This document shows positions 40,135-49,327 of a stretch of 64,000 bases of DNA, piece after piece. The stretch spans positions 492,769 through 556,768 of the forward strand of contig OZ244779.1 of the NCBI GenBank assembly GCA_965219575.1, given 5' to 3'. The stretch is from Candidatus Oxydemutatoraceae bacterium (GTDB taxonomy: Bacteria > Pseudomonadota > Gammaproteobacteria > Poriferisulfidales > Oxydemutatoraceae). The notes beneath the pieces were generated by a model. That model searched no databases and was not told the origin of the DNA. It saw nothing but the letters and a program-made list of their open reading frames with translations. The stretch's first letter is position 1. Every line of letters begins with the position of its first letter. A program made the position numbers and the translations under genes.

Positions 40135-41328
40135 ATGGAATCTATGCAAATTACATCGGAACGAAGTTCAAAAATTAGTCCCTCTAAAACCCTCAGCATT
40201 TCTGCGCTTTCCAATAAATTGCGGGCGCAAGGGAAAGACATCGCCAACCTTGCCGTAGGTCAACCCGACTTTCCTACCCCCGAACATATCAAACAAGCTG
40301 CATGCGAAGCGATTGCGCAAAATAAGACCGGCTATACCGCCGTCGACGGCGTTAGCGAACTCAAAGAGGCTATCGTAAATAAAACGAAACGCGACAACAG
40401 ACTGGATTATGAAAGCAACCAAATTATCGTTTCGTGCGGAGCCAAACATAGCCTCTACAACCTATGTCAAGCCACTCTGAACGAAGGCGACGAAGTTATC
40501 ATGCCTGCCCCCTTCTGGATTAGCTACCCCGACATCATCAAGCTCGCAGACGGCGTGCCGGTTAGTGTGGCAACCACTATGGAACGAGGCTTCAAAATCA
40601 CCGCCGAGCAATTAGAACAACACATCAACGAGCGCACGCGGATGCTAATCTTAAACAGTCCGAATAACCCCTCGGGCAGTGTCTACGATGCAGATGAATT
40701 GAGCGCACTTGCCGAGGTATTGGTCAAACACCCGCAGGTTGTTATTTGTAGCGACGATATCTACGAACATTTTGTATTTGACAATCATACTTTCTCCAAC
40801 ATTCTAAATGTATGTCCCGAACTCTATTCTCGATGCGCCATTGTCAACGGTGTCTCCAAAGCCTATTCCATGACCGGTTGGCGAATCGGATGGACTGCCG
40901 GCCCTTCCGAATTGATTGCCGCAATGAAAAAAATACAATCGCAGAGCACCTCCAACCCCTGTTCTATTTCGCAAGCGGCATCGCAAGCGGCACTGGAGGG
41001 ACCTCTGGACGATGTCTATACGATGCGAGATGCCTTTGCCGAAAGACGCGACTACCTAATCTCCGAATTGAACAATATAGACGGGGTTACGGCACCTACA
41101 CCAACGGGTAGTTTCTATGCCTTTGCCGATTTCTCCGAAGCCATCGCCCGCCACCCCGATGTCTCCAGCGACCTGGAACTTGCCGAGCAACTACTCAACC
41201 AAAGCTATGTCAGCACCGTACCGGGCATCGCCTTCGGCATAGAAAACCAATTAAGACTTTCTCTCGCAGTGAGCCTCGAAGAACTACAAAAAGCCGTTGA
41301 CAGAATCGGAAAATTTATAACCGGATAA
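40135..41328 (+). CDS. aspC: Class I/II PLP aminotransferase (aspartate aminotransferase-like)
   Basis: GQPDF.TP, NSPNNPSG, DDIY and SKAYSMTGWRIG. Confidence 0.88.
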   Translation: MESMQITSERSSKISPSKTLSISALSNKLRAQGKDIANLAVGQPDFPTPEHIKQAACEAIAQNKTGYTAVDGVSELKEAIVNKTKRDNRLDYESNQIIVSCGAKHSLYNLCQATLNEGDEVIMPAPFWISYPDIIKLADGVPVSVATTMERGFKITAEQLEQHINERTRMLILNSPNNPSGSVYDADELSALAEVLVKHPQVVICSDDIYEHFVFDNHTFSNILNVCPELYSRCAIVNGVSKAYSMTGWRIGWTAGPSELIAAMKKIQSQSTSNPCSISQAASQAALEGPLDDVYTMRDAFAERRDYLISELNNIDGVTAPTPTGSFYAFADFSEAIARHPDVSSDLELAEQLLNQSYVSTVPGIAFGIENQLRLSLAVSLEELQKAVDRIGKFITG

Positions 41329-41339
41329 TATCCATTCCT

Positions 41340-41606
41340 ATGGAAAAAGCGGTCTTAAACCAACCACAGTTTCCATTGCCAAGAGAAACTAACAGTCTAG
41401 CCGAGCTAGTAATGCTAATAATACTAGGAGGCTTCGCCGTGCTAGCAACGCTATTCGGTTCATCGTTAGAGCATCCAATTCTTTCGGCTATCATTACCGG
41501 ACTTGGTTTGCTCGGTTTATTAGCTTCCGTCATATACATCATATTAAAATCAATAAACGCTTTCATAGACCTTAGAGACCGTTTAAGAAATAAAAGCAAA
41601 GAATAA
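41340..41606 (+). CDS. Small two-TM membrane protein
   Basis: 88 aa; two hydrophobic helices and a basic tail LRDRLRNKSKE resembling the interrupted genes at 28008 and 28671. Confidence 0.6.
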   Translation: MEKAVLNQPQFPLPRETNSLAELVMLIILGGFAVLATLFGSSLEHPILSAIITGLGLLGLLASVIYIILKSINAFIDLRDRLRNKSKE

Positions 41607-41646
41607 AAAGATAATCGAGGCATGTTAGAATACCCACATCCGGCAT

Positions 41647-41722
41647 TCCTCGGTAGCTCAGTTGGTAGAGCGGGTGGCTGTTAACCACTAGGTCGGCGGT
41701 TCGAGCCCGTCCCGAGGAGCCA
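41647..41722 (+). tRNA. tRNA-Asn(GTT)
   Basis: TCCTCGG...CCGAGGAGCCA cloverleaf; anticodon loop CTGTTAA. Confidence 0.97.
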
Positions 41723-41751
41723 CTCTCCCCGACGATTTCAGAGGAACAGAC

Positions 41752-41852
41752 TATTCCCCTCCTGTGGAGGGGTGGCAGGCGCAGCCTGACGGGGTGGTCG
41801 CTGGGGTCTTGCACAATGTCACGCCGATTGACCTACCGGCTCAATCGACGGT
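41752..41852. repeat. Partial modular repeat between convergent tRNAs
   Basis: TTCCCCTCCTGTGGAGGGGTGGCAGGCGCAGCCTGACGGGGTGG plus CCGATTGA..TCAATCG hairpin. Confidence 0.75.
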
Positions 41853-41884
41853 TCTGTGCTTAACGACAATAAATGGTATCGACA

Positions 41885-41961
41885 TGGGGTGGACGATGGG
41901 GATTGAACCCACGACCTCAGGAGCCACAATCCTGCGCTCTACCGACTGAGCTACGCCCACC
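41885..41961 (-). tRNA. tRNA-His(GTG)
   Basis: G(-1)GTGGGCG...CGTCCACCCCA; anticodon loop TTGTGGC. Confidence 0.97.
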
Positions 41962-42030
41962 ATGTCTAAAGCCATTATAATTTGCGTCATCGTAGTTGCT
42001 CGCATCAACATAAACGACGGCAATTCTCTA

Positions 42031-42107
42031 TGGCGCGCCTGGCAGGACTCGAACCTGCTACCCTCGGCTTAGAAGGCCGATGCTCTATCCAAATGAGCTA
42101 CAGGCGC
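42031..42107 (-). tRNA. tRNA-Arg(TCT)
   Basis: GCGCCTG...CAGGCGCGCCA; anticodon loop CTTCTAA. Confidence 0.97.
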
Positions 42108-42136
42108 ACATACAGATTTCAATCATTATATATAAA

Positions 42137-42213
42137 TGGTCGGGGTAAGAGGATTCGAACCTCTGACTTCCTGCTCCCAAAGCAGGCGCGCTACCAGACT
42201 GCGCTATACCCCG
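42137..42213 (-). tRNA. tRNA-Pro(TGG)
   Basis: CGGGGTA...TACCCCGACCA; anticodon loop TTTGGGA. Confidence 0.97.
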
Positions 42214-42360
42214 AGCACTCGGGTATTATATCGCGTTGACACGAATATAGGGTATGAAGTATGGCGGTTGGATTTGCATACTTGTTATGTAAGCCTTATA
42301 CTTAAAAATCAATAACTTGCCGAATTTTCAATGTAAACCAAGCGGACTAAAACGATAACA

Positions 42361-43695
42361 ATGCTAGAAATTAATAAATTTATACTAAAAGATGTACGTT
42401 GCTTCAAAGGCGCAAAGGAATTCAATATACGGCCGTTGACTTTTTTGGTCGGAGAAAATAGCACCGGCAAATCAACCGTCGTGGGTTGTTTCCAAGCGAT
42501 GGCACAACATCTCAGAGAAAATAATTACTTCTCTATAAGTGGGGCTTCAATAAACTTTAACTCAGAGCCTTTTCAAATGGGAAGCTTTGAAAATATTGCA
42601 AGAAGAGCAAGACCCAAAAACAAGGAATTTGAATTGGGTTTTGAATTCATTGACAACAGAAATAATGCCTCAAAATTTCAATTGTTGGTTACTCTTGCTC
42701 AGCAAGCGAATAGTGCGAATTCTATCGTAAAACAGGCATACTTCATTTTTGACGATGGCGAAATAATATTTCTTGATGCTGGCACCACCGAGAGTAATAC
42801 AACATGGGAAATCAAAATTGAAGAGAGAAACTCCAAGAAAATTTTCGCTATTGCATTAAAAGAAGACCAAAATCACTCCCTTTTTCGTAATGTAATAGGT
42901 TTAATAGCTCACTATGAATCAGATTTTAACTCTGAAGAAGAACTTAGCTCTGAAGAAAAACAATTTATTGAATTTATTAAGGATAAGAATTGGGCGAGAT
43001 TTTTAAGTTTATACTTTAGATGTTTTTCTTTTCCCCCTACCCAACCAAAACCTAAAAGAACCTATGATCCCTTGGGCAACATCGCAACCTCAAGCGGTGG
43101 CAATATTTTTCTAATACTTAAAAATTTTAGCATCAAAGAACCCAAAGATTGGAAAAAACTATACAAAAACCTTAAAGATTTCGGCACGGCATCAGGCTTA
43201 TTCACCGATATTAAAGTAAGAAAACTTGGTGGTTCATTAAGCGACCCGTTTCAATTAGAACTTAAAATCAGAAAGGGGGCGGCTACGAATCTGATAGATG
43301 TAGGTTATGGTATCAGTCAGATATTACCCTTGTTAGTGCCCATACTAGCAAAGGAAAAGCATACTTTTTTAATGCAACAACCGGAAGTGCATTTACATCC
43401 CAAAGCTCAAGCGGCTTTCACATCATTATTGGCGACATTAGCAAAACAAAAAGATCATACTTTTATTATAGAAACACACAGCGACTACATGGTTAATCGA
43501 GCCTGCATTGATATCATGAAAGGCAACATAAAGCCGGAGGATATCTCGTTGATCTATTTGGAAGCACAGGGTAAAGATGTAGAAGTCCACAATCTATGTT
43601 TTGATAAACAAGGCGACTTTGAGGGCGACCCGCCCGATAGTTATCATGATTTCTTCTTATCGGAAAGTCATAAATTATTGGGCTGGAAAGATTAA
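42361..43695 (+). CDS. AAA_15/AAA_21-type ABC-like ATPase
   Basis: GENSTGKS, DVGYGISQILP, QQPEVHLHP and IETHSD. Confidence 0.9.
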   Translation: MLEINKFILKDVRCFKGAKEFNIRPLTFLVGENSTGKSTVVGCFQAMAQHLRENNYFSISGASINFNSEPFQMGSFENIARRARPKNKEFELGFEFIDNRNNASKFQLLVTLAQQANSANSIVKQAYFIFDDGEIIFLDAGTTESNTTWEIKIEERNSKKIFAIALKEDQNHSLFRNVIGLIAHYESDFNSEEELSSEEKQFIEFIKDKNWARFLSLYFRCFSFPPTQPKPKRTYDPLGNIATSSGGNIFLILKNFSIKEPKDWKKLYKNLKDFGTASGLFTDIKVRKLGGSLSDPFQLELKIRKGAATNLIDVGYGISQILPLLVPILAKEKHTFLMQQPEVHLHPKAQAAFTSLLATLAKQKDHTFIIETHSDYMVNRACIDIMKGNIKPEDISLIYLEAQGKDVEVHNLCFDKQGDFEGDPPDSYHDFFLSESHKLLGWKD

Positions 43696-43697
43696 CT

Positions 43698-43838
43698 ATG
43701 TGCGTGATTATAGATACTAATATGATTGTAAATTATATTAACGAGACCGAGGACATGAAACCACGCTTGTTCAGATTGAGCGGCTTCTTCAATATTATCT
43801 GCCAACACGCCGGCGATTGCCCGCATCGCAGGCGATAG
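43698..43838 (+). pseudogene. Truncated PIN-like partner of the ATPase
   Basis: Starts 2 bp after the ATPase as MCVIIDTN; composition changes abruptly after about 22 codons and it stops at codon 47. Confidence 0.45.
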
Positions 43839-43930
43839 CTAGCCACCGCGAACGCGCCCAAAAGTTTAATGCTTACAGTGCCTTCTTGTCTTTGATTTTA
43901 ATATCTATTCTCATTGTGATATACTTCAAA

Positions 43931-44029
43931 TGAGGGCTTTGCGAGTTGGATTATCAGAGTTAGGTCGCTTACATAATCTCGCTACTACCAAATGCCTAAC
44001 CATTTGGTTTAGACGTCCCATAGCCCTCA
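43931..44029 (-). ncRNA. Predicted structured RNA directly after the PBECR2-like gene (copy B)
   Basis: Closing stem UGAGGGCU/AGCCCUCA; hairpin ACCAAAUG-GUUAGG-CAUUUGGU; second stem GCGAG/CUCGC + GAUUAU/AUAAUC whose loop carries CCUAAC, complementary to GUUAGG. Confidence 0.5.
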
Positions 44030-44548
44030 CTTTTTATACAACAGCCTTCCTTCCCTTCTCCCATCAATATAGCCTATTCTGCTTGCCGGTATTGCGTTCC
44101 AAAATAAGCTGCCGTCTAGGTTCTCCCGAGCAATCACCAGCATATTTTTTTTATCCTTAAAGAGCTTAATAAAGTGACAGCGGAAACCATTTTTATATTC
44201 AGTCAACCAAATTTCATTCGGGTCAGTCAATGTGGGTATTATCCAGTTAATAAACCTTTCTCTCCGATGGCTTCGCTTCATCAATATATGGCGAATATAT
44301 TGCCGGTGAATAATAACCGGTTCAAGCGGTGTATTAACTCTTCTCCATTCTTGTCCTCTTAAAAGAAATTCATCAACTTTTTCTAGCGCACTTTCTAAAG
44401 ATTTTGCACCAACTAAAACCTTAGGTGCTTTGTCTAACAATTCATGAGGATAGTCTTTTACACCGAGTAACCCGTAGTCTTGATAATCTGGCTGACCGGG
44501 TCTTATTCCGGCGACACCTCTACCATGACCGCCGACTTGCTTAGACAT
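44027..44548 (-). CDS. PBECR2-like nuclease-fold protein (copy B)
   Basis: HI..KR...RERF...I..TL.DP.EIW...Y..G....FIKLF...L.WNA and YID..R.G.LLY pattern. Confidence 0.7.
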   Translation of the reverse strand: MSKQVGGHGRGVAGIRPGQPDYQDYGLLGVKDYPHELLDKAPKVLVGAKSLESALEKVDEFLLRGQEWRRVNTPLEPVIIHRQYIRHILMKRSHRRERFINWIIPTLTDPNEIWLTEYKNGFRCHFIKLFKDKKNMLVIARENLDGSLFWNAIPASRIGYIDGRREGRLLYKK

Positions 44549-44571
44549 TCACAGGAGGGGAATACTATGTA

Positions 44572-45297
44572 TTACCACTCTATGCTGAATAGGTAGCGAC
44601 CGCTTCTAGGGATACAGCATTTATATTTTTGCCAGAAGTTATAGCCGTAGGCTGCCTCTGCGGAGGCTTTGCCTGCCGACCAGTCATCTTTTTGTTGTGC
44701 GCGTTCGTCAAACGAGCTACATTCGTTTTCTACTCGAGGGTAAATCATTTGCCAGCGGTCGGTTGCTTCGTCGCCGACATCGCGTTGTTGAACCGAGCGT
44801 TGCTGCACACATCGGCCGGTTATCGCCAGTGTCGTATCTCGCATCTCTTGTTGCCATTGCCCACCCGAGGCGTGGCATTGTTGATAGCTTTTTGCATCGG
44901 AATCTCCCCACAGCTCCCATTGTTCGTCGTCGTGAACTTCGGCGGAGGTGATATTGTGATAGCTGTCGGGGTTGCCGCCGACTGCTTTTGCGGCGAGTTG
45001 AGAGACGATGTTCACCGGTGACTTCAGCGACAGCAATGTTGCTTCTTGCCAGGGACACTGACCGGCACTATTGGTAACCGTGAGGTCGGGTAGATAGTGC
45101 GATATTTTAGGAGTGACTCTGATACTGCACTTGGGGCTACACTTCAACCAAAAGCACAAACCGATGATTTGCCAATCCAAACACTGGACTTGCATGGATC
45201 TATATATCAACTGTGCGGTATTAAAACCCGCTAGGCTCTGCGCGGGCAATGCGCAGCATAACCACACGCAAGCGATTAACATATATTTGCTTATCTT
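44572..45297 (-). pseudogene. Duplicated TraU/TIGR03756-like gene with an in-frame 426-bp internal deletion
   Basis: Near-identical to 46001-47152 but joins GGNP directly to DSYH at the microhomology CGGGGTTGC. Confidence 0.85.
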
Positions 45298-45360
45298 AAT
45301 GAAGGATTTAGGGGTGTAGATGCGACGCGTTTCGGGCGGACTATGTGGTATACTTTCAGT

Positions 45361-45458
45361 GGGGGTTGTGTGAGTTAGATTGCTAGAGTTAGGTCGTTTA
45401 AGTAATCTTGCTGCTAACAAATGCCTAGCCATTTGGGTTAGATACCCCGCAACCCTCA
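45361..45458 (-). ncRNA. Second, diverged copy of the structured element after the PBECR2-like gene (copy A)
   Basis: GGGUUG/CAACCC closing stem (compensatory change versus GGGCU/AGCCC); CAAAUG-GCUAGG-CAUUUG hairpin; conserved GACCUAACUCU. Confidence 0.4.
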
Positions 45459-45977
45459 TTTTTTATATAACAACACACCCTTCCTTCTCCCATCAATATA
45501 ATTTATTCTGCTTACCGGTATTGCGTTCCAAAACAAGCTGCCGTTTAAGTTTTCTCGCGCAATAATAAGCATATTCTTTTTTCCTCTGAACACTTTAATA
45601 AAACGCCTGCGAAAACCGTCATTATATGCAGTTAGCCAAATTTCATTCGGCTCAGTTAATGTCGGTATTATCCAATTAATAAACTTCTCTCTCTGCTGTC
45701 CCCGCTTTATTAATATATGGCGAACATGATGCTGATGAATAATAACCGGTTCAAGCGGTGTATTAACCTGTCTCCGTTCTTGTCCCCTCAAAAGAAATTC
45801 ATCAACTTTTTCTAGCGTACTTTCTAAAGATTTTGCACCAACTAAAACTTCAGGTGCTTCATCTAACAGTTCACGAGGATAGTCCTTTACGCTGGGCAAT
45901 CCATAGTCTTTATATTTTTTTTGATTCGGTTCAACGATTGCGATGCCTCTACCATGACCGCCGACTTGCTTAGACAT
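45456..45977 (-). CDS. PBECR2-like nuclease-fold protein (copy A)
   Basis: 173-aa paralog of 44027-44548, same length with many substitutions. Confidence 0.7.
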   Translation of the reverse strand: MSKQVGGHGRGIAIVEPNQKKYKDYGLPSVKDYPRELLDEAPEVLVGAKSLESTLEKVDEFLLRGQERRQVNTPLEPVIIHQHHVRHILIKRGQQREKFINWIIPTLTEPNEIWLTAYNDGFRRRFIKVFRGKKNMLIIARENLNGSLFWNAIPVSRINYIDGRRKGVLLYKK

Positions 45978-46000
45978 TCACAGGAGGGGAATACTATGTA

Positions 46001-47167
46001 CTACCACTCTATACTGAATAGGTAGCGACCGCTTCTAGGGATACAGCATTTATATTTTTGCCAGAAGTTATAGCCGTAGGCTGCCTCTGCGGAGGCTTTG
46101 CCTGCCGACCAGTCATCTTTTTGTTGTGCGCGTTCGTCAAACGAGCTACATTCGTTTTCTACTCGAGGGTAAATCATCTGCCAGCGGTCGGTTGCTTCGT
46201 CGCCGACATCGCGTTGTTGAACCGAGCGTTGCTGCACACATCGGCCGGTTATCGCCAGTGTCGTATCTCGCATCTCTTGTTGCCATTGCCCACCCGAGGC
46301 GTGGCATTGCTGATAGCTTGTCGCATCGGAATCTCCCCACAGCTCCCATTGTTCGTCGTCGTGAACTTCGGCGGAGGTGATATTGTGATAGCTGTCGGGG
46401 TTGCGGACGACGATTTCAATCGCTCGTTGAGCAATCACTGCCCCGGCCTTGACATCGTTCGGGTTTAACACGGTGCCTCGTCGCGGATAGATACTTCCCC
46501 AGCCGTTGTCGAGTATCGGTAGGTTGTCGGTGATTCCATTGTTCGGCAACTCGCTTCTACCGACCATGCGGCTACCCGGTTTCCAGCTTTCTATCCTGTC
46601 CAAGTCGGTGCCGCCCATGCCTTGCAGTGAACTTATGTCGATGCCGCGCCAGGTCAGAACATTGAGTCCCTGTCTGGAATTGAAATAGATGTGCATCGGC
46701 TTGCTTTGGCTTTTACACAAAAAGCGCACATTAAATCTAGACCCTAGTGAGGCGGTAGGGTTGCCTATCACCATAGCGTCTTTGAACTTCATCGCATAGC
46801 GACCCAACCGTCCACCTTGTCCGGGGTTGCCGCCGACTGCTTTTGCGGCGAGTTGAGAGACGATGTTCACCGGTGACTTCAGCGACAGCAATGTTGCTTC
46901 TTGCCAGGGACACTGACCGGCACTATTGGTAACCGTGAGGTCGGGTAGATAGTGCGATATTTTAGGAGTGACTCTGATACTGCACTTGGGGCTACACTTC
47001 AACCAAAAGCACAAACCGATGATTTGCCAATCCAAACACTTGACTTGCATGGATCTATATATCAACTGTGCGGTATTAAAACCCGCTAGGCTCTGCGCGG
47101 GCAATGCGCAGCATAACCACACGCAAGCGATTAACATATATTTGCTTATCTTTTTGATTGCTGCCAT
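46001..47167 (-). CDS. TraU-like ICE protein (TIGR03756-type)
   Basis: CLDWQIIGLCFWLKC, HYLPD, WGSIYPRRG, WQMIYP and YNFWQKYKCC. Confidence 0.85.
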   Translation of the reverse strand: MAAIKKISKYMLIACVWLCCALPAQSLAGFNTAQLIYRSMQVKCLDWQIIGLCFWLKCSPKCSIRVTPKISHYLPDLTVTNSAGQCPWQEATLLSLKSPVNIVSQLAAKAVGGNPGQGGRLGRYAMKFKDAMVIGNPTASLGSRFNVRFLCKSQSKPMHIYFNSRQGLNVLTWRGIDISSLQGMGGTDLDRIESWKPGSRMVGRSELPNNGITDNLPILDNGWGSIYPRRGTVLNPNDVKAGAVIAQRAIEIVVRNPDSYHNITSAEVHDDEQWELWGDSDATSYQQCHASGGQWQQEMRDTTLAITGRCVQQRSVQQRDVGDEATDRWQMIYPRVENECSSFDERAQQKDDWSAGKASAEAAYGYNFWQKYKCCIPRSGRYLFSIEW

Positions 47168-47586
47168 CTTAGAAATCCTTGATAGACATCGTTGCCTTTA
47201 TATAAAGAGAGAGTTTTGTTTTGTTCGAAAACAACCACCGGAAGATCGTCAATCTCAACATCATACCGAGTCTGCAAATCAAAAAGGTTCATTTGTGCGT
47301 CGGCTAGTGCTTGTAGCTGTGTGCGCGGCAACCGCGCAATCGAGGCTTTAATCTCGGCGATAGACGAGTCGTTCATGTCGTTGTTTGCATACGCACCGAA
47401 CATAGCATCCAGCTCGGGGATCACGGATAGATCTACGACCCGTATATCGGAGATGGACGGTTCTTGCTTCAATCTCGAAATACCCGAGATTTCATTCGGT
47501 TTTACGCTATAGATACGAACAGTTGCCGATGCCGAGATAGTGTCTTGCGCCGAACCCGCACCGCCGGCAGCAGTTGCGCACAGCAT
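47146..47586 (-). CDS. TIGR03757/DUF1525-like ICE protein
   Basis: Y.V.IDDLPVVVF......Y.G.DV tail; the ORF-track extension to 47874 lies in a repeat, so the start is uncertain. Confidence 0.6.
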   Translation of the reverse strand: MLCATAAGGAGSAQDTISASATVRIYSVKPNEISGISRLKQEPSISDIRVVDLSVIPELDAMFGAYANNDMNDSSIAEIKASIARLPRTQLQALADAQMNLFDLQTRYDVEIDDLPVVVFEQNKTLSLYKGNDVYQGFLRWQQSKR

Positions 47587-47609
47587 CAACGCACTCAATA
47601 TATAACCGG

Positions 47610-47900
47610 GGGGGCGATGGATGAATGTATAAATTGTGCAGATACGACGGGGCTGTTGAAAAAGTATTTCATAGAGTGGTAGGGGCGGACTTATATGTCC
47701 GCCCGTAACAACGCGTTGACCGGTACAATTTATACATTCATCCATCCAATTTATGGAAGCCAAAACCAAATGGCGCAAGCGATTGAGGTTGTGCAGAACG
47801 GCACTTAAGGGCAGACATATAAGTCTGCCCCTACGCAGGTAAACATAAATTTGTCGGGTAAACATAATATTCATGCAAAACGCTATTTTGTCAACAGCCT
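47610..47900. repeat. MITE-like modular repeat inside the T4SS operon
   Basis: GGGCTGTTGAAAAGTA ... TTTTGTCAACAGCC with two GGGCGGAC/GGGCAGAC hairpins. Confidence 0.8.
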
Positions 47901-49312
47901 CATGTGACTGCCCGATGATGTTCTATAAGTGCCGAACCTTTTTTGATTGCCAAAACCAGCACTATGAAATAGGCAATAGAAAAAATCAGTGGTAAATACG
48001 AAAAGACATAAGCGATAATCAAGCGATCCATATTGACATTGAACAGACCGATCCCTTGATAAAGGCTCTCGGTCACCTTGGCATCCAATGCTGCCACCAA
48101 AACATAGATCATCGGCATCGCTTGGATGCCCAAAATCCACGCCGCATAATACAGAACACCTATCAACCTTAAGCCAGTTGCGAGCAAAAACAAAGGGATA
48201 AAAAAGTACAGTGCCAGCAAAACAATCGGTTGTATGTATGAAGCGATACGCTCGAGTAAATAAGTGTAGTTGAAAGCTGCCGACACTTGCTCGGACAACC
48301 CTGCCAAACCCGAACCCGACATATAAGCCGCATCCCCGACATGTAAAACCTTAGCCGAAGATTGAGCCGAGTTGGCGGCAGCGGAATACGCCGCACCCGA
48401 ATGACCGAGTTCCAGCGGATTTGATTTGAGCATCGCTTTGACAATACGATCTTCTACATCGCGTGAACCCGACCCTAAAATACCTGCCGTTTCTACAGGC
48501 GGTAGTTGTGCCGTTGCCTGCGCCAACAAAATCTCCTTCAACCCTTTATTCGTCCCGTCTCCCAGCCACCACGCCGAGCAGCTTCTCACCAAATTGGGTT
48601 GCCAACGTTGCAATCGGGTCGGTAATAGAAAAGCGTCGTAATAGCCCGGTGTGTCTAGATAATAACGGCTGCCCAAATAGGCAAGGTCATCCGCCGAAGG
48701 CGGCATACCGCCGCCTTCATAGCCTATGGTTTGATATTGATAGCGCGCCTGCCCGTAGCATTTGGATGCAAATTGATAGTATTCGTTCAATATCGCCGGG
48801 TCTTGTATTTTGTTCGTCCTGATAATAGTCTCTACTGCGCGCCAATCGGTGAAGCAATCCAACCCGTCAAGTATTTGATAATAAATGCCGGCACCTACTT
48901 TGTGTATCAATGCCCAAAACAGCGGGATTTTTACACCGTCGGTCTCGGCGATCAATTCTTGTTTTAAGTCCTCAAAGACGGTCATCTCCTCGAATGCCGT
49001 ACCTTTGCCGTATTCTTGACAGCCGCCCGATAGATCCAAAACCTGTACTGCATCAATCCTGAAGATCGGGAAAAAAGCGAACAGCAAAACAAGCGCGGCA
49101 ATCACCGTGCGTATTTCCAGCGAGCGATTGGTGTCTTTATCTCCGTCGCCCGCACCTGCCGTCTTATACCAAGCGGAGAACAATGCGACGATCATAACCG
49201 CCAACACGATGCCCGACGAAAATAAAATGTCGGTAAAAAAGTTATTGAGCAACCAACCGTACAGTGTGAATGCTCGCTCCCATTCCGAGAATACCGACAG
49301 GCTGACACCCAT
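47900..49312 (-). CDS. TraG N-terminal-domain membrane protein
   Basis: TLYGWLLN, IPLFWA, I.DP....E..QF...CY..AR and LGSRYY..TPGYY; C-terminal TM helices. Confidence 0.8.
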   Translation of the reverse strand: MGVSLSVFSEWERAFTLYGWLLNNFFTDILFSSGIVLAVMIVALFSAWYKTAGAGDGDKDTNRSLEIRTVIAALVLLFAFFPIFRIDAVQVLDLSGGCQEYGKGTAFEEMTVFEDLKQELIAETDGVKIPLFWALIHKVGAGIYYQILDGLDCFTDWRAVETIIRTNKIQDPAILNEYYQFASKCYGQARYQYQTIGYEGGGMPPSADDLAYLGSRYYLDTPGYYDAFLLPTRLQRWQPNLVRSCSAWWLGDGTNKGLKEILLAQATAQLPPVETAGILGSGSRDVEDRIVKAMLKSNPLELGHSGAAYSAAANSAQSSAKVLHVGDAAYMSGSGLAGLSEQVSAAFNYTYLLERIASYIQPIVLLALYFFIPLFLLATGLRLIGVLYYAAWILGIQAMPMIYVLVAALDAKVTESLYQGIGLFNVNMDRLIIAYVFSYLPLIFSIAYFIVLVLAIKKGSALIEHHRAVT

Positions 49313-49327
49313 TGCACATCAAACCTG

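Noticed and set aside
41647-42213. tRNA cluster as the ICE attachment site
   Set aside because: The tRNA 3' ends nearest the T4SS point away from it, no duplicated tRNA 3' end was seen near 60.5-61.3 kb, and no integrase is present
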